From Octopus bimaculoides (taxonomy: Eukaryota), in NCBI RefSeq assembly GCF_001194135.2, contig NC_068982.1, forward strand, positions 62,931,045 to 62,976,199: a DNA stretch of 45,155 bases, written 5' to 3'. The notes beneath the pieces were generated by a model. That model did no database searches, had not been told where the DNA came from, and saw nothing but the letters and a program-made list of their open reading frames with translations. The first letter of the stretch is position 1, and the number at the start of each line of letters is the position of its first letter. Positions 1 through 11,246 of this stretch are shown here, in pieces. A program made the translations under genes and the position numbers.

Positions 1-374
1 CTTTTCATCTTCTCTATTCATATTTTCATACTTTCCCATTTCCATCCATTTTCATTCAATTCAAACACGAATAAAAAGTCAGTCGGTCAGTTCAATGTTA
101 CCACCTACCCATCTCACTCCTCCTATTTCCACCCCCACTCTTTGGCGTTTGCTTATTCGTTTCAGTTATTTCCACCTCCCTCTTTTTGTGTCCTCCCACC
201 ATCGCCATCTCTGTCAGCATCACCCAGTACAAGCCCCTCCCTCTCCTAATTTGGCGACTTTTGATTGGTGATGTTGATAGCTTAGTTCCCAATTCAATCA
301 CTCCTAGATTCGAGGAAGAGAACCTAGGTATGATAATGATATGTAAATTGAATATAAATTATATCATCGTTTGT

Positions 375-1034
375 CTTTTACTTGTTTCACTCATTGGAAT
401 GTGGCCATGCTGGGGCACCGCTTTGAAGGCTTTTAGGCTACTCCAGTAATTTTTTAAGCTTGGTTATTCTAACCTTCGCTTTTTGTCGAACCGTTAAGTT
501 GACACTCCGTCGCTTACGACGTCGAGGGTTCCAGTTTGATCCGATCAACGGAACAGCCTGCTCGAGTGCCCTTAACGTAGTTCTCGGGGATATTCAGCGT
601 GACACAGTGTGACAAGGCTGACCCTTTGAATTACAGGCACAATAGAAACAGGAAGTAAGAGTGAGAGAAAGTTGTGGTGGAAGAGTACAGCAGGGTTCGC
701 CACCATCCCCTACCGGAGCCTCGTAGAGCTTTTTTTATGTGTTTTCGCTCAATAAACACTCACAACGCCCGGTCTGGGAATCGAAACCGCGATCCTATGA
801 CCGCGAGTCCGCTGTACTAATCACTGGGCCATTGCGCCTCCACGAACCGTTAAGTACGGAGCCCTAATCAAACTAACACTACACACACACACACACACAC
901 ACACACGAAATCCACTCACAAGACTTTTGTCGACCTAAGGCAATAGTAGAAGACAGACATTTGCCCAAAGTGCCACGCAGTGGATCTGAACTCATAATCG
1001 TGGTTGAGAAGCGAATTTCTTACCACACAACCAC
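375..1034 (-). mobile_element. SINE family A copy (diverged), interrupted by a family B SINE
   Basis: 3' module (ACTTGTTTCACTCATTGGAATGTGGCCATGCTGGGGCACCG) at 380-420 and tRNA-like head (TTGCCCAAAGTGCCACGCAGTGG...TTACCACAC) at 960-1028 match the other A copies; (CA)n lies in the middle. Confidence 0.8.
500..843 (-). mobile_element. tRNA-derived SINE family B with ~13-bp TSD
   Basis: Homologous to copies at 28460 and 35674; Pol III A/B-box-like head at the 843 end; CGAACCGTTAAGT duplicated at 487-499 and 843-855; internal deletion relative to the 35674 copy. Confidence 0.92.
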
Positions 1035-1039
1035 ACAAG

Positions 1040-1195
1040 TGGTTTCAAATTTTGGCAACTGCTACTCATTTTATCCATCCTGAAAGGGATGAAAAGCAAA
1101 GTCTACCTCGGTGGAATTTTAACTTAGAGCGTTAAGTCGGAAGAAATACCGCTAAGCATCTTGTCCGGCGTGCAAACGATTCTGCCAGCATGCCA
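1040..1195 (-). mobile_element. SINE family C copy
   Basis: Reverse complement of GCTGGCAGAATCGTT...ATGCTTAGCGGTATTTC...GACTTTGCTTTTCATCC motif shared with the other C copies. Confidence 0.75.
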
Positions 1196-1302
1196 CTTTA
1201 CCAGGGCCTATATATTATGATTTATTTATAAAAGTGGAGAAAATCTCTACCAGAAGAAAATGTACCAAACCAGGGGAAAAATTTAGAAATGGTAGCATAT
1301 TT

Positions 1303-1554
1303 TAGGCGCAGGAGTGGCTGTGTGGTAAGTAGCTTGCTTACCAACCACATGGTTCTGGGTTCAGTCCCACTGCGTGGCACCTTGGGCAAGTGTCTTCTAC
1401 TATAGCCTCGGGCCGACCAAAGGTTTGTGAGTGGATTTGGTAGACGGAAACTGAAAGAAGCCCGTCGTATATATGCATATATANNNNNNNNNNNNNNNNN
1501 NNNNNNNNNNNNNNNNNNNNNNNNNNNNNNNNNNNNNNNNNNNNNNNNNNNNNN

Positions 1555-1600
<46 letters not shown>

Positions 1601-1823
1601 AGTATATGTTTGTGTGTCTGTGTTTGTCCCCCACCAACTTCGCTTGACAACCGAAGCTGGTGTGTTAACGTCCCCGTAACTTAGCGGCTCGGCAAAAAGA
1701 GACCGATAGAATAAGCACAAGGCTTACAAAGAATTAGTCCTGGGTCGATTTGCTCGACTAAATATGGCGGTGCCTCAGCATGGCCGCAGTCAAATGACTG
1801 AAACAAGTAAAAGAGTAAAAGAG
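1303..1823 (+). mobile_element. SINE family A, full length, internal (TA)n with N-gap
   Basis: TAGGCGCAGGAGTGGCTGTGTGG (A-box-like), GGTTCAGTCCC (B-box-like), internal microsatellite with gap 1484-1554, tail GTAAAAGAGTAAAAGAG. Confidence 0.92.
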
Positions 1824-2134
1824 TATATTGGACTAAATTGTCCTGAAATATTTAATTTCTATTGCGTTTTGAGGCAGAATGCACCGAAGTCGATCTTGCT
1901 CTCATCCTTCCCCGGGGTCGTCTATAAAATAAGATCCAGCAATATAAATGTACTGATTTTAATCTTCTGTACCTTTGTGGCCTTCTGCCAAGTGTTATAA
2001 ATAATCATTTCGTTTTAAGTTCAAATCCCGCTGAGGTCAACTTTTACGTTCATTCTTGGGAGGGTGAAATAAGAAACCGCCAGCTTCGTGGTGAGTAATA
2101 ATAATAACGATATTTTTTTCTTTTGTTTCTAATT

Positions 2135-2292
2135 TAGGCACAAAGCCAGTAGTTATTAGGAGAGAAGCTTAGTCGATTGCATCGACCCAAGTACTTGACT
2201 GGTACCTTATTTTATCGATTCCCTAGAGAGATGAAATTTACGGTGTGATTTGAACTCAGAACGTAAAAGCCGACACAAATACTGCGAAGCAT
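2135..2292 (-). mobile_element. SINE family C copy (diverged)
   Basis: TTTGAACTCAGAACGTAAA, TTATTTTATCGA and GTCGATTGCATCGAC motifs. Confidence 0.7.
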
Positions 2293-2364
2293 CTGTTCCA
2301 GGGCAGCCAAATATGTAATCATTGGGACACAGAAATCCTTCGAAGTATTTTCACTTTCACCGGG

Positions 2365-2537
2365 ACAAGGCCAGCAATTTTAAGTTGGTAGGGAGGTCGA
2401 GCACATTGGTACATATTTTAGTGACCCCGGAAGGATGAAAGGCAAAGTCAGTCTCAGCAGCATTTGAACTCAGAACGTAAAAAGCTGGTAAAAAATGCCG
2501 CTAAACATTTTGTCCGACGCGCTTCAGATTTTGCCAG
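2365..2537 (-). mobile_element. SINE family C copy
   Basis: GACCCCGGAAGGATGAAAGGCAAAGTC...TTTGAACTCAGAACGTAAA...CCGCTAAACATTTTGTCCGACGC. Confidence 0.78.
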
Positions 2538-2877
2538 TTGATCACTGTTTGTCGATTCACCTTAACCTCATCTTTCACTACAGCTGGGCTTCATTTTGCA
2601 ATAAGGAAATAATTTCTCACCTTTGTTTTTTTGTTTTTCTTTTATGGAATATGAAAGAAAATATTCCAAGTGAAAGCTTTATAACTGATAAAACACTGTA
2701 CATTCATGTATAATACAAACCTTGATTTTCGGGCCTAAATTACCTTAATTATATTATGTACAAAAAGCAGAGTTGCACAACTGTTACAAAAGATGACCTA
2801 ATATAATTTCATGTTTTTTAATTATTGAATATTCTGTTATTATATAATAATTATTAATATATTAGTAAACGCTAATA

Positions 2878-3041
2878 CGGCGACCTGGCAGGTCGTTAAC
2901 AAGTCGGACAAAATGGTTAGTAGCATTTCGTCCGTCTTTTACGTTCTGAGTTCAAATTCCTCCGAGGTCGACTTTGCATTTCATTCTTCCGGGATCGATG
3001 AAAAAGGTTCCAGTCGATGTACTCGACTAGCCTCTTCCCAA
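2878..3041 (+). mobile_element. SINE family C copy
   Basis: CTGGCAG...ACGTTCTGAGTTCAAATTCCTCCGAGGTCGACTTTGCATTTCATTC. Confidence 0.8.
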
Positions 3042-3105
3042 TCAAATTGAAAGGATTATTATATATTAAATGTTATTACTTTTTAATAATTAATTTTCTA
3101 GCAAG

Positions 3106-3267
3106 ATGGCAAGATGGCGGAATCGTAGTATGCCGGGCAAAATGCTTAGAGGCATTTTATCCGTCTTTGCGGTCTGAGTTCAAATAAGTACCAGCTGTGC
3201 ATTGGAATTGATGTGATCGACTTAACACTTCTCTCGAAATTTTTGTCCTTGTGCCAAATTTAAAACC
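3106..3267 (+). mobile_element. SINE family C copy with internal deletion
   Basis: GGCGGAATCGTAGTATGCCGGGCAAAATGCTTAG...TCTGAGTTCAAATAAGTACCAG...CCTTGTGCCAAATTTAAAACC. Confidence 0.75.
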
Positions 3268-3639
3268 AATATTTAATTTTCAGTTAAATATATGATAAAA
3301 ATCTAAAATAGATTATAAAGCTTAATTACATTATTGTATCTTTTCTTAATAAAAGCTTTTGAACAAATATTTGCAGCCTAATAGCATGTATTGTAAGTAC
3401 TCCTAATTGAACATTCATATTATGGAAAACGTGCGTATGCATCAAGTTTTACAGCAAATATACTTTCTAGAACTCAGCGACATAATGCTGGTATCATTAC
3501 TGTGAAACCAAATGATAATGCCATTTAAGTTCGATATGTGATGAAGAGTTATTTGATAGTCCAGAAAAAATGCTTTACTAGACCGAGTTCTGATTGCAGA
3601 TAAATAATATCACAGCTTGGTGACATCATAATTGAGCAT

Positions 3640-4090
3640 ATAACATCATATCTAACTATAACATCAGCTCTAATGTCACATCCATCAGCCAATCTAATTA
3701 ACATCGTGTCTAATTAACATCATATCCAACTAACATTATATCTAATTAGGATCAACCCCAACATCACATCTAAATAACATCGTATCTAACTAACGTCAGT
3801 TACCTAAAATCAAATGAAACTGATATTACATTACCTCAAAAACAACATCCAAGTTAATATGAAATTCAACTGAAATCACTTATTTTAGATCACATCCAAC
3901 TAACATCATATTCAACTAATATTACGTCCGGCTAAAATCATATCTATCTAACATCACATCTAGATTCACGTTTAACATATATCACATCACTTCTAATATC
4001 ACATCACTTCTAATATCACATCCTGCTTACATCACAACTGAGAAATATCATATCTAGTATCGCTTCTAAAATTTACATGTCTAATATCAA
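3640..4090. repeat. Degenerate ~16-bp minisatellite (TAACATCATATCTAAC-like)
   Basis: Many imperfect AACATCA(T/C)ATCTAA units in tandem. Confidence 0.75.
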
Positions 4091-4226
4091 TGTAACGTAA
4101 GATCTAACCAATCAACTAGAATATTATGCGTTTTTGATTTCAAACACCACTGGACAAAATGCAATGTAGTCATACATATGTATGTGTGTGTGTGTGTGTG
4201 TATACATATACATATACATATACATA

Positions 4227-4284
<58 letters not shown>

Positions 4285-4611
4285 NNNNNNNNNNNNNNNN
4301 NNNNNNNNNNNNNNNNNNNNNNNNNNNNNNNNNNNNNNNNNNNNNNNNNNNNNNNNNNNNNNNNNNNNNNNNNNNNNNNNNNNNNNNNNNNNNNNNNNNN
4401 NNNNNNNNNNNNNNNNNNNNNNNNNNNNNNNNNNNNNNNNNNNNNNNNNNNNNNNNNNNNNNNNNNNNNNNNNNNNNNNNNNNNNNNNNNNNNNNNNNNN
4501 NNNNNNNNNNNNNNNNNNNNNNNNNNNNNNNNNNNNNNNNNNNNNNNNNNNNNNNNNNNNNNNNNNNNNNNNNNNNNNNNNNNNNNNNNNNNNNNNNNNN
4601 NNNNNNNNNNN

Positions 4612-4720
4612 AGTACTAGGCTTACAAAGAATAAGTCCTGGGGTCGATTTTCTCGACTAAAGGCGTTGCTCCAGCATGGCCGCAGTCAAATGACTGAAAC
4701 AAGTAAAAGAGTAAGAGAGT
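4612..4720 (+). mobile_element. SINE family A 3' end emerging from N-gap
   Basis: AGTACTAGGCTTACAAAGAATAAGTCCTGGGGTCGA...GAAACAAGTAAAAGAG, near-identical to 1700-1823. Confidence 0.88.
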
Positions 4721-5214
4721 ATATGTATATATATATATATATTTATGTATGTATGTATGTATGTCTGTCTGTATGTATGTATGTATGTATGTATAGGTAG
4801 GTGTATGTGTGCGCATGCAGGTGTGTGCGTGTGTGCACCTATGTGTATGCACACATACTTGCAAACATACATAAATGGAAAAAAGTTAGATCGTATATCT
4901 GCTCAGTTCGAGTCAGCTAACATCAGTTCTAACTGACGTAGACATTCCATAGATTGTGTAGAATAAAAGGTAAGTCAGTGGGAAAGTGGAGGGAGCAGCG
5001 GAGTGAAGCTCATGCACCCACACACACACAGACACACAGACACACAGACACATTACGCACGCACACGCGCGCGCACGCAGACATGCACGCGCGCACGCTT
5101 ACATAAAGAGACAAGAGAGCGTGAGAAAGAGACTGCTTCATATATAGATAGATGAATAATAAATACTATGACAGAAACGGTAATAAACAGGTGAAACAAG
5201 TGTTTCTTCTGTAA

Positions 5215-5362
5215 GTACAAGGCCAGCAATTTCAGTGGAGGACCCTATTGCTCGGCTGATACTTATTTAATCGACCCCTGAAAGGATGTAAGTCAAAGTT
5301 AAGGTCGGCAGATTTTTGAACTCAGAACGTAAAGACGGAAGATATTCCTCTAAGTATTTTCC
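5215..5362 (-). mobile_element. SINE family C copy (diverged)
   Basis: ATCGACCCCTGAAAGGATG...TTTTGAACTCAGAACGTAAAGACGGAA. Confidence 0.72.
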
Positions 5363-5655
5363 CCATTACGATGGGTAGGGACGCTTTCTGCTGACGATAT
5401 AAAGAAGAAATATGTAGAAAAATGACGTATGCACGTTTACCATGATATGAAGTCCATGTTTTGACTGTTGTCATTCCTCGAAGAGAGGAATATACCCAAA
5501 CGTTTTATTGAAGTAGTAACAACAACAGCAGTAATAATGGTGGTGGGTATAGTGGTATTATTATTATTAGTTGTTGTAGTATTAGTATTTGTGTGTTGCA
5601 AGATTAGTCCTGATGCATTAAACCTTTCATCGAAAGCTTTCCAGTTGTACTAGCC

Positions 5656-5853
5656 TCTCTCTTTTACTTGTTTCAGTCATTTGACTGTGGCCATGCTGGA
5701 GCACCGCCTTTAGTCGAGCAAATCGACCCCCCAGGACTTATTCTTTGGAAGCCTAGTACTTATTCTATCGGTCTCTTTTGCCGAACCTTTAAGTTACGGG
5801 ACACCAGCATCGGTTGTCAAGCGATGTTGGGGGGGACAAACACAGACACACAA

Positions 5854-5922
<69 letters not shown>

Positions 5923-6087
5923 CGACGGGCTTCTTTCAGTTTCCGTCTACCAAATCCACTCACAAGGCATTGGTCGGCCCGAGACTATAGCAGAAGACAC
6001 TTGCCCAAGGTGCCACGCAGTGGGACTGAACCCGGAACCATATGGTTGGTAAGCAAGCTACTTACCACACAGCCACTCCTACGCCTA
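5656..6087 (-). mobile_element. SINE family A, full length
   Basis: Both modules present around internal (CA)n(TA)n at ~5853-5921; high identity to the 16417-16855 copy. Confidence 0.93.
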
Positions 6088-6225
6088 TATGTACACCTAT
6101 GTATTTTTACATCTTTTTTTTTTTTGGACCCTAAGTCTCATGTGTCTGGTTACCCGGTTTCCATGGCGTGTAAGTGACTGAGATCACAACATTCCCTGAC
6201 AGGGACGGTAGGCAGTTGTAAAGTT

Positions 6226-6420
6226 CAGGTCAGCAATTTTTGAGTAGCGGAGACAAGTCGATGACATCGACTCAGGTACGTGACTGATACTTCATATCAT
6301 CGACCCCGAAAGGATGAAAAACAAAGTTGAACTCGGCAAGATTTGAACTCAAAACTAAAGAACCGAAAGAAATGTCACAAAGAATTGTGTCCATCGTGCC
6401 AACGATTCTTCCAGCTCGCC
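6226..6420 (-). mobile_element. SINE family C copy
   Basis: CATCGACCCCGAAAGGATGAAA...ATTTGAACTC...AACGATTCTTCCAGCTCGCC. Confidence 0.75.
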
Positions 6421-7128
6421 GTCCAGCCTATATTTTAGAGGTGTAATATCTAAGGTAACATTCACTTTTAAAGGTTAATAGATAATTGAAAACAGTCATA
6501 GCTGCTATTTCTAGCACTCCGAATGACCGAATATAGACTCTCTTAACTTGCAGTGGATGTTGTTACTGTAGTTATAAGTGTTGTTACTTGTCTTTTCATC
6601 TTTCTGAGGTTTATAATGATCAATAGAGCGACCACATCCGGTGATCTTGTAATGGAGTTAATGGATCAGCCACATCCGGTAATCATAGAAAAGAAAAAAA
6701 AATTATTGCCTTTGCAGGACTACTTTTTGAGATTGCCATTTCTGGATAAACTCTACAGGAATACGGGGGCGAACGATGTCACCTTTTATGCATTTAGTCA
6801 GTGTTTTAACATTACTGACATATAGAAATATGCTGGTTAGCTGCCGTTGAGTGTAATTTTATCATAGGAATCTCATCACGATCATTCTCATCGCCTTTTC
6901 AGTGGAGTAAGTTAGACAGTTGTTTTCTCTGACTAGTGATGATGATGAATGAAGGAATGTGGTAGACCTCTTAAACCCTCAACAATATCAACTACCATAC
7001 GAAAGAGAAGGCAGAGATGATGAGGTAAGCTCTGCACTCCAGTACATTATTACAAGATGAGTGAGAGTAACGAGTATGAACTGTCTGGACAGATCTACTC
7101 TCTCATTCTGGTACTATAGACTGTAGAC

Positions 7129-7400
7129 CAGTGGTTTCCAAACTGAACGGTACTGCCTCCGGGGGTGTGATAGAAAGATCCAGGGGGCGTTGAAGAAAAG
7201 TCGGGGGATAATGGGGAGAAAAAAAGCAAAATAATGGTCTAATTAGGTTAACATCTATTTGTGAAATTCAGTTGTTTCGAATTTGTTGCAGAAAGAAAGT
7301 GATCTGTGTTTGTGGTGATGATGAGTGGTGGTGGTGGGGCTCTAAGAATGCGACTGGGTTGCCAAGGGGGCGGCAGCTCGTAAAAGTATAGGGACCACTG
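7129..7400. mobile_element. hAT-type non-autonomous element (MITE)
   Basis: Imperfect TIRs CAGTGGTTTCCAAACT / rc CAGTGGTCCCTATACT; 8-bp TSD CTGTAGAC (7121-7128) vs CTGTAGAG (7401-7408). CAG termini with an 8-bp TSD containing TAG are typical of hAT-Charlie-like elements. Confidence 0.82.
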
Positions 7401-7775
7401 CTGTAGAGTGGAACGTGGAAGAGAGCACTTTATAATGAATGTAAAAACGATATTTTTGCTAGCATTACTAAATTCAGTTCTTCCATTGGATTAAAGGTAA
7501 GATTTAGGAAATTATTTCAGTTCTTTTCTTTCCACAATTTTGAAATCCGTGGAATCATAATTTGTTTGAGTTCAATCTGTTGGTAACATACTCGGTGTCT
7601 TCTTGTGACCGAATACGTAGACGTAATAAGTGGTTACAATTAACATCAGTAATGTTACCCATTCTAGCAGAATTTCCTATTTATGGGTTTCGGGCTTCAT
7701 GTAGTTTCCACTGATGTACGTCAAGGTTTGATTATGTCTGCTGCACTTTTTTTCTTTATCTCCACAACTACTCAC

Positions 7776-7868
7776 TTTAGACCAAACACTGCTGTGGATA
7801 TTATGCCACTTTTCAGTAACTGCTGTTCCCACACGAACAGCATCCACACACAAATCTCGTCTAGCCAT
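7776..7868 (-). CDS. Candidate first coding exon of an unidentified gene (MARRDLCVDAVRVGTAVTEKWHNIHSSVWSK)
   Basis: Non-repetitive sequence; ATG with +4 G; 31 codons ending at AAA|GTGAGT donor (phase 0); upstream 7870-8210 is locally CpG-rich; an in-frame upstream ATG exists at 7949. No protein family recognised. Confidence 0.35.
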
Positions 7869-8298
7869 GTGACTGCGAGTATACGTAAATGACAAGGTGG
7901 AAGAAAGCCGAAATGCACTCAGCGTTCTTGCTTGTTGTTGCCGAGACATTATTTCGTTTCACTCCGAAACCGGTCTATACGAGATTTTTTTTCGTCTCAG
8001 ACAAAGACAGCAGTGTTTAACTTGTTAACAGTGTACCGACGCTAAATAGGGCACCGCCAGCATGGGAAGTTCTCAGTCTTATCATTGAAGTTAGAAAACT
8101 GAGTAATACCATCGGGAGCTGCTGCGTTGAATGAGAGTAAAACCCTGATAGGACGATCTAACGAGAAACGGAAGGCAGATACACACATTCATGCAGCAGA
8201 AACACGTGTCGCATTGGAATCTAATGTAAATTTAATGAGAGTTTTTGAAGATGTATAGTTCTCCATTCTTCTTCATGATATCTTAATTATATATATAC

Positions 8299-8413
<115 letters not shown>

Positions 8414-8632
8414 TGTGCATTTCTTTATGTATGTATGTATGAAGTAAATAGTTGTTGATCGATTTCGTCAGTGACTGTTCAACTTGGTCGAGTAACTGAA
8501 TTATAATGCAAATCTAAGAAAGATTAAACAGTAAAAAATTGAATTAAACAAAAGAAAATTAATTCATGTATGAGAGATAAATGCGTTAATGTCAGCTAAT
8601 TGGAATATTTGAAATAAGACGAGTTCAATTAG

Positions 8633-8818
8633 TACTCCTTTACTCTCATTTGTTTCAGTTACTGGACTGAGGAAAAGCTGGAGCACTGCCTAGGAGCATG
8701 GTTAGTTGAAAAAATTAAACTAAGTAATTATCATAAGTCTAGTACTTATTCTATTGGCATCGTTTGCTGAACAGCTAAGTTACAGCGGCTTAAGGAAACC
8801 AACAGCCTGCGGTGACAA
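8633..8818 (-). mobile_element. Old SINE family A 3' module
   Basis: TTTGTTTCAGTT...GCTGGAGCACTGCC...CTAGTACTTATTCTATTGG...CAGCTAAGTTAC. Confidence 0.65.
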
Positions 8819-9001
8819 TTATAGACAGAATAATACACGCACAGGCACATATACAAATATACATACATATACATACATACATACATACATACATACACGC
8901 ATGCATACATACATATATATACACACACATACACTCACATGCACACACACGTGCACACACACACGCGCACACACATATGCATATGCATATATATATAAAT
9001 C

Positions 9002-9461
9002 AATATAAACAGCAGTTTGCAATGTTTCATCAAAAAGGAAAATTACAAATGTCACTAAATGTGACAATGGTATTAGAAAACCCCTACATTGCTAGAAATA
9101 AGAGCTAAAACGCTCTAATGCTATAGTTAACGCACATGAATGAAAACATAATCACTAACAGGGACCATAATCACCCGAAGACGTTTAATACTGACACGTC
9201 AGTTTCGGCAATTTCCGTCGCCTCATCAGTCAAGCCAGCTCGGTCTCTACATTTTCCGGACTCTCTTCGCCATTAGTATCTATATATAAATTTAATATGA
9301 ACAGCAGTTTGCAATGTTTCCAGAAAGCGCCGATGAAGGGACGAAGCAGACACGTCAATATTAAGCATTCTCGACCGGCACTTTTCGGATGATTATGGTC
9401 CCTGTTAGTGTATATATTTTTATTTATATGCGTTAACTACAACATTAGTGACATTTGTAAT
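9002..9461. mobile_element. Inverted pair of hammerhead-bearing repeats (Penelope-like pLTR or retrozyme remnant)
   Basis: ~9043-9235 (-) and ~9330-9461 (+) are inverted homologues (GATTATGGTCCCTGTTAGTG; GTTAAC; GTGACATTTGTAAT); direct repeat AACAGCAGTTTGCAATGTTTC near 9008 and 9300. Confidence 0.7.
9185..9233 (-). ncRNA. Type I hammerhead ribozyme, core intact
   Basis: Minus strand: UUGA-CUGAUGA-GGCGA(CGGAAA)UUGCC-GAAA-CUGA(CGUG)UCAG-UA-UUAA. All conserved core nucleotides are present, with helix II 5 bp, helix III closed, a GUA cleavage triplet and helix I 4 bp. Confidence 0.85.
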
Positions 9462-9872
9462 ACACACACACACACATATATATATACACACACATATATA
9501 TACACACACATATTTATATCTATATTTACACGCACACACAAACAAATCTAGGCCCTTGCGTCACTCCATTGTTTTTGCTAAATATCAATAAAAATATCCA
9601 TATATTCATATTCTGAGTTCACTTTTTCCTGTTTGTATTATCATGCTTATACATTATATCATGTCCATATATTATATTATGTTATGTTATATTCGAAATT
9701 GCGATTGACTCTGACCGATAACTGAACAGGAGTTGGCGACCACCTGTGTCTGTTTCCTGTTTGTTTGTGCATTCATCAGTTTAACCCATGAGTTTTAACT
9801 ATATATATATATATATATATATATNNNNNNNNNNNNNNNNNNNNNNNNNNNNNNNNNNNNNNNNNNNNNNNN

Positions 9873-9947
<75 letters not shown>

Positions 9948-9986
9948 CAGGGAAAGAGAGAGAGAGTCACACAAAGACAGACAGAC

Positions 9987-10017
<31 letters not shown>

Positions 10018-10185
10018 CGGGATCCCCTAAATCGGCGACCAATGATTCATAATGAATATACCAGCGTATGAATTTCCACAGTAGTTCATGAGTAAATAAT
10101 ATGCAAACAGCGCAATTGTCATACAGCACTGACACCAAAACTTAGCGACTTGTTCCATCCTTCATTCCTCTTGTTGGATATACTT

Positions 10186-10231
<46 letters not shown>

Positions 10232-10726
10232 GCACACACACACTCACACAAACAAACACATATCACACACGAACATGCGCACAACATACAGATCACATAC
10301 AAGCACATACAACCATTTATACACATACAAGCACATACGTTTACTTAGAATCAGAAAGAATTGCGCACAAGGACATACAGAATAATTCATACCGAGACAT
10401 ACACAAATACACACGTATCATATACAGATAAATCAGGAAGCATTCTACAAACGCACGTACACTTATGCACGAACACACAAGCAAGCACGCCTGCATACAC
10501 ACACATACATACATACATACATACATGCATACACACATACATATTCCTATGCACCTGTATTTTCGCGTCCAACTTACCGCGCACCAAAAGAGACACATAC
10601 ACACATACAAGTGCGCACGCAAAAACCAAACTACAGAAACCCATTCACTTACATATAACGCATGCAAATTATACTGTACAAAACACCATACACACATAAA
10701 GATAAAGTTACAGGCATATGCATACA

Positions 10727-10778
<52 letters not shown>

Positions 10779-10800
10779 ACACACACACATTCACTCACAG
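10186..10800. repeat. (CA)n/(ACAT)n-rich low-complexity tract
   Basis: Interrupted CA and CATA runs. Confidence 0.9.
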
Positions 10801-11246
10801 AGCAGTCGATACACATAATAAACAAATACACGACTTAGGCACATATGCAAGTCTCCTTCCCTCTGAATCTTCTCTTACTATCCCTCTTTCTCTTCCTTCC
10901 TCCCCCTATCTCTTTTTCCCTCTTAGCCTCTCCGTCTGATACTCTTTCTCACTACTTTTCTCTCTATCTCTGTGTCTATCTCACCATCTCATTCTTTGTC
11001 TCTCTCTCTCTCTCTCTCTGTCTGTCTCGTTCTCTCCCTCTCTCTTTTACTCTCTCTCTCTCTCTCTGCAGACGTGAGACCACTCCCACTATGAAATATA
11101 TCGATGTTCAGTGGTTGCTGTCTGATTCCTATTGGATGCTTCTTCTTCTTATCGCTGCTCTTCTCCTACTACCCACAATCGGACTTTGAACTTACCTTAT
11201 CTCATTCTGCTCATTATCCCTCATCCTACCTCTCAATGCACATCGC

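Noticed and set aside
6868-6906. Plus-strand mini-exon bounded by TAG / GTAAGT
   Set aside because: Such site pairs are common by chance; no homology or frame evidence
9735-9780. CTGATGA...GAAAC on the minus strand
   Set aside because: No helix II, and G falls at the cleavage position; chance match
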